DNA of 64,000 nt from an uncultured delta proteobacterium. GTDB taxonomy: Bacteria > Myxococcota_A > Polyangia > Fen-1088. Positions 57,801 through 64,000 of the stretch are shown in pieces (the first letter of the stretch is position 1; the number at the start of each line of letters is the position of its first letter). Made by a program: the position numbers and the translations under genes. Where the stretch lies: contig CAWCMR010000005.1 of NCBI GenBank assembly GCA_963796685.1, positions 64,001 to 128,000 on the forward strand, given 5' to 3'. The notes below the pieces were generated by a model that had not been told where the DNA came from, did not search any database, and worked only from the letters and a program-made list of their open reading frames with translations.

Positions 57801-58791
57801 TGCCGAGGCTGGTTCGCTGATGGACAAGATCCACGACCTGCTATCGCCAAGGGGCAAGGTCTCGGAAGACCGTCGCACCAACACGCTCATCGTCTCGGAC
57901 GTGACCAAGAACCTACAGCTCATCGAGGATCTGGTGCGTAACCTGGACACCCAGACCTCGCAGGTAACCATCGAAGCACGCATCGTGGAGGCCGATTCGA
58001 ATTTCGCGCGGCAGATTGGCGTGCAGTGGGGTGGAACCGCGTTCATGGACTCCACCCACGCCAACCCGACGGGCTTGGTCTTTCCGTACAATGTGGGGAT
58101 TGGCGGCGGAGCCGATGACCCAAGCTCGCCGCTCGGCGGTATCGTCCCCGGTCCACGCACCGGGACCGGCACGACCGGAAGTCCGAACTTCCTCGTCAAC
58201 ATGCCTGCGCCTGCGGGACTCGGTACCGGCTCGGCCATCGGTTTGACCCTTGGATCCGTGGCCGGGGCCTTCAACCTGAATTTGCGTCTGTCGGCCATGG
58301 AGACCACCGGCCAGATCCGCATCCTGTCCTCGCCACGCATCACCACCATGGACAACGTCCAGGCGTTCATCGAGCAGGGCGTGTCGATTCCCGTTTCCGT
58401 GGTCAGCGCCATGGGCGCGCAGACGCAGTTCGTGGACGCCAAGCTCCACCTCAGCGTGAAGCCGCACGTGACCAACGAGGGCACGATCTCGATGGTGATC
58501 GACGTGACCCGCAACGAGCCTGACTTCGTCAACACCGGGGCCCGCGGCGATCCGTCCATCCAGAAGAAGGAAGCCAAGACGACCATGCTCGTGCGCGACG
58601 GCGATACCGCGGTCATCGGCGGCATCTACACGCGCAACACCGGTCTCAGCAACGCACGCGTTCCCTTCTTCTCCGACATACCCGTGCTCGGGTGGTTCTT
58701 CCGCAACCGCAAGGAGAACGACAACCGGTCCGAATTTCTGGTGTTCATCACCCCGCGCATCGTCAACCGTTCGCGCGTGGCCGGACCGTAG
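54862..58791 (+). CDS. pilQ: Type IV pilus secretin PilQ with a long coiled-coil insertion
   Basis: AMIN-like domains, YTGRRIDLDF, VPWDQALD, secretin core (QVTIEARIVE..GDTAVIGGI..VFITPRIV). Confidence 0.95.
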   Translation: MILQRERPKLLAALLGAATLALWSMPALADSVRVRAIQVSETAGNTAVVIAASARPTFTTWKLEQPARVVIELSGARLGNVNVPLDAGTYAVGLVSASVTEDDSAGPRTRIVLTLRQTSDYQVESKGNDITLRVIPRTRPPMVVPDTAVARQEIEARAKAEAQARREAQAKEQAEAQVRMEAQAKTEAQARAKAEAQAKTEAQAQAKLEAQAKTEAQAQAKLEAQAKAEAQAQAKLEARAKTEAQAQAKEEARAKTEAQAEAKEEATKRALAQARADVQAQLAAKAMAEARAHAESQRKTEALLKNESRERLAAQTVAQERARAEVAAREEADRLRRELADAHRDAAKARAEASAANQESQRERLALAQAENRVKQAQAETERARERAHAAEGESAAARRRESEHDQALRLASEEVSARQKTLNRIAQKQQEQRDRMASAERLVSERETSVRESASRLAEREKEAQAARTRRDSLARDASRSSKAEAATALAEAERQKKSAAAAAEQSRQELARAVASRRQEETRKDEQASLRRAEEDKLERAVAQRKAEEVRLADARTERARLDEERSKLEHERAELKTARNALLAEVERLKASAATTTTAVRTTAVSTTAVPAKAESVAVRPAPRAVAPRSPSAASAPPSLAQNTLARRPSPPIPSNTTRTRSVTLRALSHIRNIDFVDEPRRASVIIDIDDGAVVSVERITGHRLSLRIEHSELPESLARNLDATEYLGPVKIISSYRDPSAQSTVRVDVDLAEDVPNRVRVDGNRIFWDFQKAPAPSLPAVVVPPPSVRFVPAQKMAGFLATLKDGVWVGQAIPPYLVPPVQTGGTGSTPAADTETSPAASTAAAPTASAGRQGNGSSAHYGPIGKKRYTGRRIDLDFKGADIHNILRLLADVGQVNVIVADDVRGEVTIKMRDVPWDQALDVVLRSKGLGSVREGNLLRVAPLAQLEKELEAEIARQKQVADVLPIETRLIGVSYAEAGSLMDKIHDLLSPRGKVSEDRRTNTLIVSDVTKNLQLIEDLVRNLDTQTSQVTIEARIVEADSNFARQIGVQWGGTAFMDSTHANPTGLVFPYNVGIGGGADDPSSPLGGIVPGPRTGTGTTGSPNFLVNMPAPAGLGTGSAIGLTLGSVAGAFNLNLRLSAMETTGQIRILSSPRITTMDNVQAFIEQGVSIPVSVVSAMGAQTQFVDAKLHLSVKPHVTNEGTISMVIDVTRNEPDFVNTGARGDPSIQKKEAKTTMLVRDGDTAVIGGIYTRNTGLSNARVPFFSDIPVLGWFFRNRKENDNRSEFLVFITPRIVNRSRVAGP

Positions 58792-58851
58792 ACCGTAGCA
58801 AACGACTAGGTAGGTATCGCCATGATGCAACCACGCAATGGGGGACGAGCA

Positions 58852-59700
58852 ATGAACCATCACGGGAAGCGGTATGCCTACGGCGCCGCGTGTGTCGCCA
58901 TCGCGCTCGGGGTCGCCTGCGCCACCGATGCCTTCACCGCGCTGCAGATCAAGCAAGTGCAGGTCCTGACCGGCCCTGAATGCAGCGTTCCTGGCACGGC
59001 CACCACGCTGTTTCGCGATCACGGCGTGCTCGATCTGGCCCTGCCCGACGGATCCATACCGCCCTACTATCTGCCGCTGCTGGTCGTCAACAACCTGGCC
59101 TCCGTGGGAAATTCGCCTGCCGAGGAAATGAACAACATCACGCTCAGCCACTTCACCGTCGAGCTTTCGGCGCCTGGTGTCACCTGGAACTCTTCGTGTC
59201 CTGCAAAGTTCGACACCCAGACCATCACCGACACGATTCCACCCGGCGGCTCGGTCGGCACATCCATGGACATCATCCAGGCTGCCCACTCCCAGTGCCT
59301 GCGGTCGCAGCTGACCCAACAGGGTCTGGTGGTCACGGCGAAGATCACGGCCAAGGGTCGCCACGGCGGCACGGGCATCGAAAGCGCGCCCTTCATCTTT
59401 TCGGTCGACGTGTGCGCCGGCTGTCTGCAGGTCGGTTACACGGATCCGACCTTGGCAGCGTACCAATACCCCGCGGACGTTCCCTTGTGCTCGAGCTTCG
59501 CCGGCAGCACGAACAACTCCACCGGAGCCCCGTGTCTTCCCTATGGCCAGGACGCGCCCATCTTTTGTTGCAGTGTCACCGAGACGGTAAACAAGGTGGC
59601 CACGCAGGTCGCCTTGTGCCCTGGCGTGTTTCCACCCAAGAGCTCCACCGCAACCTCCACGGCAACCTCCACCAGCACCTCGACCGGCACGGGCTCGTAA
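58852..59700 (+). CDS. Cys-containing hypothetical lipoprotein downstream of pilQ
   Basis: Lipobox GVAC; Ser/Thr-rich tail; start 58822 or 58852. Confidence 0.75.
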   Translation: MNHHGKRYAYGAACVAIALGVACATDAFTALQIKQVQVLTGPECSVPGTATTLFRDHGVLDLALPDGSIPPYYLPLLVVNNLASVGNSPAEEMNNITLSHFTVELSAPGVTWNSSCPAKFDTQTITDTIPPGGSVGTSMDIIQAAHSQCLRSQLTQQGLVVTAKITAKGRHGGTGIESAPFIFSVDVCAGCLQVGYTDPTLAAYQYPADVPLCSSFAGSTNNSTGAPCLPYGQDAPIFCCSVTETVNKVATQVALCPGVFPPKSSTATSTATSTSTSTGTGS

Positions 59701-59762
59701 GACCGAGCGGCTCGCGCTATTGACACCGCCGGATCTCTCCGACTAGAAGCGAAAGAACGACG

Positions 59763-60122
59763 ATGTTCCGCGAAAGTCTGCAGCGCATGGTGGATCGCCT
59801 GGCCGGAGGTGTGGCCGGCATCCTCATGGGGTTCGACGGCATCTCGGTCGAGTCGTACACCAAGGACGGTGAAGAAGGCCTGGACATCCAGACCGTGGGC
59901 ATGGAGCTGGCCCACGCCGTGGTTCAGATGCGAAAGGCCACCGCCAATCTCGAAGTCGGGCCGTTGCACGAGCTGACCTTGAAGGCCGACAACTTGGTGG
60001 TCCTCATCTACTTGTTGAGCGATGAGTACTTCGTCGCGTGCGCCCTCAAGCCCGAGGCCAGCCTTGGCAAGGCGCGCTACCTGATGAGGCTTCTGGCCCC
60101 GCAGATGCAGGCCGAATTGTGA
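59763..60122 (+). CDS. mglC: Roadblock/LC7 domain protein, MglC-like
   Basis: [20 protein letters not shown]; synteny between pilQ and accBC as recalled for Myxococcus. Confidence 0.8.
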   Translation: MFRESLQRMVDRLAGGVAGILMGFDGISVESYTKDGEEGLDIQTVGMELAHAVVQMRKATANLEVGPLHELTLKADNLVVLIYLLSDEYFVACALKPEASLGKARYLMRLLAPQMQAEL

Positions 60123-60685
60123 CCGGGGAGCCGCGAGCACAGCCTCCGGCCAGGCCGCTGATCCTGGTCATTCACGGGCCGAACCTGAATCTGCTGGGCA
60201 CGCGCGAACCGCACATCTACGGTTCGACCACCCTGCGCGAGATCGACGAGGAGCTCCGTGCCCGTGGCATCGAGCTCGGCGTGGCCGTCGAAACCTATCA
60301 ATCCAATCACGAGGGCCTTCTCATCGATCGCGTCCAGCAAGCCCAGGGCAAGATCGCGGGGCTGATCGTCAACGCGGGGGGATTGACCCATACCAGCGTG
60401 TCCCTGCGCGACGCCATAGCCGCGATCAAGGTGCCAACCGTCGAGGTCCACCTCTCCAACCTCTACACGCGCGAGCCGTTCCGCCATCTCTCCTATTTGG
60501 CACCGGTGTGTCTGGGGCAGATTGCGGGGCTGGGCCCGATCGGGTACCGTTTGGCGCTCGATGCGCTGGCCAGGCTGGTGCCGGGCAACCGGCCAGTCCC
60601 CGGCGGCCGACCGTCCCCATCCCGTTCGACCCCAACCAAGTCGCGTGCCGCGACTTCGTCCAAGAAAGGAGCCGCGAGAAAATGA
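60119..60685 (+). CDS. aroQ: Type II 3-dehydroquinate dehydratase
   Basis: [33 protein letters not shown] and EVHLSN..RE. Confidence 0.95.
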   Translation: MTGEPRAQPPARPLILVIHGPNLNLLGTREPHIYGSTTLREIDEELRARGIELGVAVETYQSNHEGLLIDRVQQAQGKIAGLIVNAGGLTHTSVSLRDAIAAIKVPTVEVHLSNLYTREPFRHLSYLAPVCLGQIAGLGPIGYRLALDALARLVPGNRPVPGGRPSPSRSTPTKSRAATSSKKGAARK

Positions 60686-61203
60686 GCAAACGCAAGGCCC
60701 CCGTCGCCGCCGCCAAGAAGGTATCTTCGGCCAGCCGCGAGGCGTGCGCGTGTGAAGGTCAACCCGTCGATCTCGACAGACTGCGCGAGTTGGCCGAGCT
60801 CGCCACGGAATTCGATTTGGCCGAGCTCGAGCTCGATGCCTACGGAGGAGTCCGGGTGGTCCGCCGCGCTGCGGGTGCCGCCTTCCCCGCAGCAGCACCT
60901 TTGCCCCCGTCCCCGATTCACGTGGTCGCGCCGGCCGAAACGGTGGTCAAGCCCGCCGAAACCGGAGCCCTCCTCACCTCGCCCTTCGTGGGAACGTTCT
61001 ACCGCGCGCCCTCGCCCGAGGCGCCCCCCTTCGTGGATGTTGGCCAAAGCGTGCGCAAGGGACAGGTGGTCTGCATCGTCGAGGCCATGAAGCTGATGAA
61101 TGAAATCGAGTCGGAGCTCGACGGCAAGATTCTCGAAATCCTGGTAAAGAACGCGGAGCACGTCGAGTACGGCCAACCCTTGTTCCGCATCGAAAAGGCC
61201 TAG
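60682..61203 (+). CDS. accB: Acetyl-CoA carboxylase biotin carboxyl carrier protein
   Basis: [13 protein letters not shown] and EAMKLMNEI biotinylation motif. Confidence 0.95.
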   Translation: MSKRKAPVAAAKKVSSASREACACEGQPVDLDRLRELAELATEFDLAELELDAYGGVRVVRRAAGAAFPAAAPLPPSPIHVVAPAETVVKPAETGALLTSPFVGTFYRAPSPEAPPFVDVGQSVRKGQVVCIVEAMKLMNEIESELDGKILEILVKNAEHVEYGQPLFRIEKA

Positions 61204-61308
61204 GAGATCGCGCAGAAAGCGCGGAATGCCGGGGCGGTGGCCGGTCGAAGATCGCTCGCTTTCTCCGGCCTGCGCAGGCTTCCATCAACGCATACGGACG
61301 GTGCACGC

Positions 61309-62631
<1,323 letters not shown>

Positions 62632-62783
62632 CCCCTCCGTTGGAGGACGCATCGAGGTCGGCCGATCCCTCGACCTCGCCAACTGCCATGCCAGGTGGTC
62701 CGCGCGCCCCGGGCGGAAAAAACCTGGACGCTCCTTTACACGTGTGGCGTTCCCGGTAACACTGTGCATGCGGACTTCAACAG

Positions 62784-64000
62784 GTGGTAACGAAGAAAGA
62801 CAAGCACCTCGCAGCAGCGCAGAAGTACTTGGAGCGGGGAAGCTTCGAGAAGGCCTTGGCGGAGTTTCAGAACGCCGTCAAGGAGGACACGAAGGACACC
62901 CGCACCTGGCTTCGCATGGCCGAGATCTATGTTCGTCTCGGCCACAATGACAAAGCCACCGAGGTCTATCAGAAAACCGTCGATCTCTACGTCGAGCAAG
63001 GCTTCTTCCAGCGCGCCGTCGCCGTCTACAAGAACATCATCAAGCTCTCGCCGGATTTCGTCGATGCCCGCATCAAGCTTGCCGAGGTCTTTCGCCAGCT
63101 CGGGCTGCTCTCGGACGCAGTCCAGCAACTGGAGCAGGCTGCCGTGCTCTATCAAAAGACGAACCGCCAGGCCGAGGCGCTGAACGCGTTCAAGCAGATC
63201 ATCGACCTCAACCCCGAGCAACCCAATCCGCGTATCCGCTACGCCGAGCTCGCATCCCAGACCGGGGCCATCAAGGAGGCCGTCGCCGAATTCTCCGAGG
63301 CCGCGCGCCTGGTCAAGGCGCAAGGACGGACCGAGGAATTCCTGCGCGTGGCGGAGCGGCTTCTGCACTACGACCCGGACAACCACGCCATGGCCATGGA
63401 AGTGGCGGCAAAATACCTGGACCACAACAACGCGCGCGCGGCGCTCTCCCGTCTCAAATCGGTGTTCGAAGCCAAGCAGCGCGATCCCGCGGTCCTGGAT
63501 CTGCTGGCGCGCACCTTCGAGCAACTCGGTCAGCCCCACAAGACCCTGCCCGTGCTCAAGGAGCTGGCGCGCGTCTACGCGGAAAGCGGTCGTATCAGCG
63601 AGCGCAACCAAACCGCCCAGCGCGTGCTGTCCATGGATCCGAATGACGCAGAGATGCACGAGCTTCTGGGCAAACCCCACAGCAGCCTGGCCAAGACCCC
63701 TCAGGCGCCCACCTCGGCCAAGCTGACCACGCCCTCGTCCATGCCCATGCCTTCGCTGACGCCCCTGCCCACGACCGGCACGACCGGTTTGAACAAGCGT
63801 CCCGTGTCGATCACCTTCAGCGAAATGGAGGTGCCCCAGGCCCTGCGCAACAAGTACGTCAGCCTGCCCGCGGAGCCCATGGCCGCAACCATGTCCGAGC
63901 GCCTCAACATCGCATCGGGCATGGTCGAAAAATCCGACGACGATGCCGAGGTCAAACGCATCCTGGCCGAAGCCGACGTGTTCGTGAAATACGGGCTCGT
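62784..64000 (+). CDS. TPR-repeat protein, SgmX-like (partial, runs off window end)
   Basis: Open frame from GTG 62784 (VVTKKDKHLAAAQKYLERGSFEKALAEF...ILAEADVFVKYGL); TPR pattern; follows accC; absent from the ORF track because it has no stop. Confidence 0.8.
   Translation, partial: MVTKKDKHLAAAQKYLERGSFEKALAEFQNAVKEDTKDTRTWLRMAEIYVRLGHNDKATEVYQKTVDLYVEQGFFQRAVAVYKNIIKLSPDFVDARIKLAEVFRQLGLLSDAVQQLEQAAVLYQKTNRQAEALNAFKQIIDLNPEQPNPRIRYAELASQTGAIKEAVAEFSEAARLVKAQGRTEEFLRVAERLLHYDPDNHAMAMEVAAKYLDHNNARAALSRLKSVFEAKQRDPAVLDLLARTFEQLGQPHKTLPVLKELARVYAESGRISERNQTAQRVLSMDPNDAEMHELLGKPHSSLAKTPQAPTSAKLTTPSSMPMPSLTPLPTTGTTGLNKRPVSITFSEMEVPQALRNKYVSLPAEPMAATMSERLNIASGMVEKSDDDAEVKRILAEADVFVKYGL

Noticed and set aside
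59720-59749. sigma70 promoter before mglC (TTGACA-18-TAGAAG)
   Set aside because: The -35 is perfect, but the -10 is weak and the spacer is 18 bp; not enough to call.

Overview
High-GC window, inferred to come from a Myxococcota genome (probably Polyangia-like). The evidence is fibro-slime/myxococcal Cys-rich repeats and the pilMNOPQ-mglC-accBC-sgmX-like gene order. There are four parts. (1) About 0.3-18.7 kb is an accessory 'general stress' island: DUF6496, YihY, DUF748, DUF3175, F420-reductase-like, ASRT, FAD/Fe-S oxidoreductase, SDR, enolase-family, TPP enzyme, CsbD, Ser/Thr kinase, C39 peptidase with a GG-motif partner, YHS and DUF3309. Almost every transcription unit here is preceded by a sigma54-type -24/-12 motif (11 found by eye). 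(2) A Phd/PIN toxin-antitoxin cassette is bracketed by a 49-bp duplication of the neighbouring gene's 3' end and by a stranded SufT-like 3' fragment. (3) About 19.6-43 kb encodes surface lipoproteins and glycan machinery (GH8, CBM3, fibro-slime, Cys-rich repeats, GT2 plus three GT-C-like membrane proteins), together with RecQ, ADH and hydrolases. (4) About 43-64 kb is core genome: xerD, S2P, scpAB, rluB-like, an NtrC-family regulator, pilMNOPQ, mglC, aroQ, accBC and a partial sgmX-like gene. It is interrupted by REP-like hairpin arrays and a solo nucleotidyltransferase gene. Two decayed GxxExxY cassettes with ~25-bp terminal inverted repeats (28.8 kb and 44.35 kb) look like a MITE-like element family. 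Four genes carry seven simple frameshifts, which may be assembly errors. No rRNA, tRNA or CRISPR array was seen. All family calls come from motif recognition by eye, not database searches.
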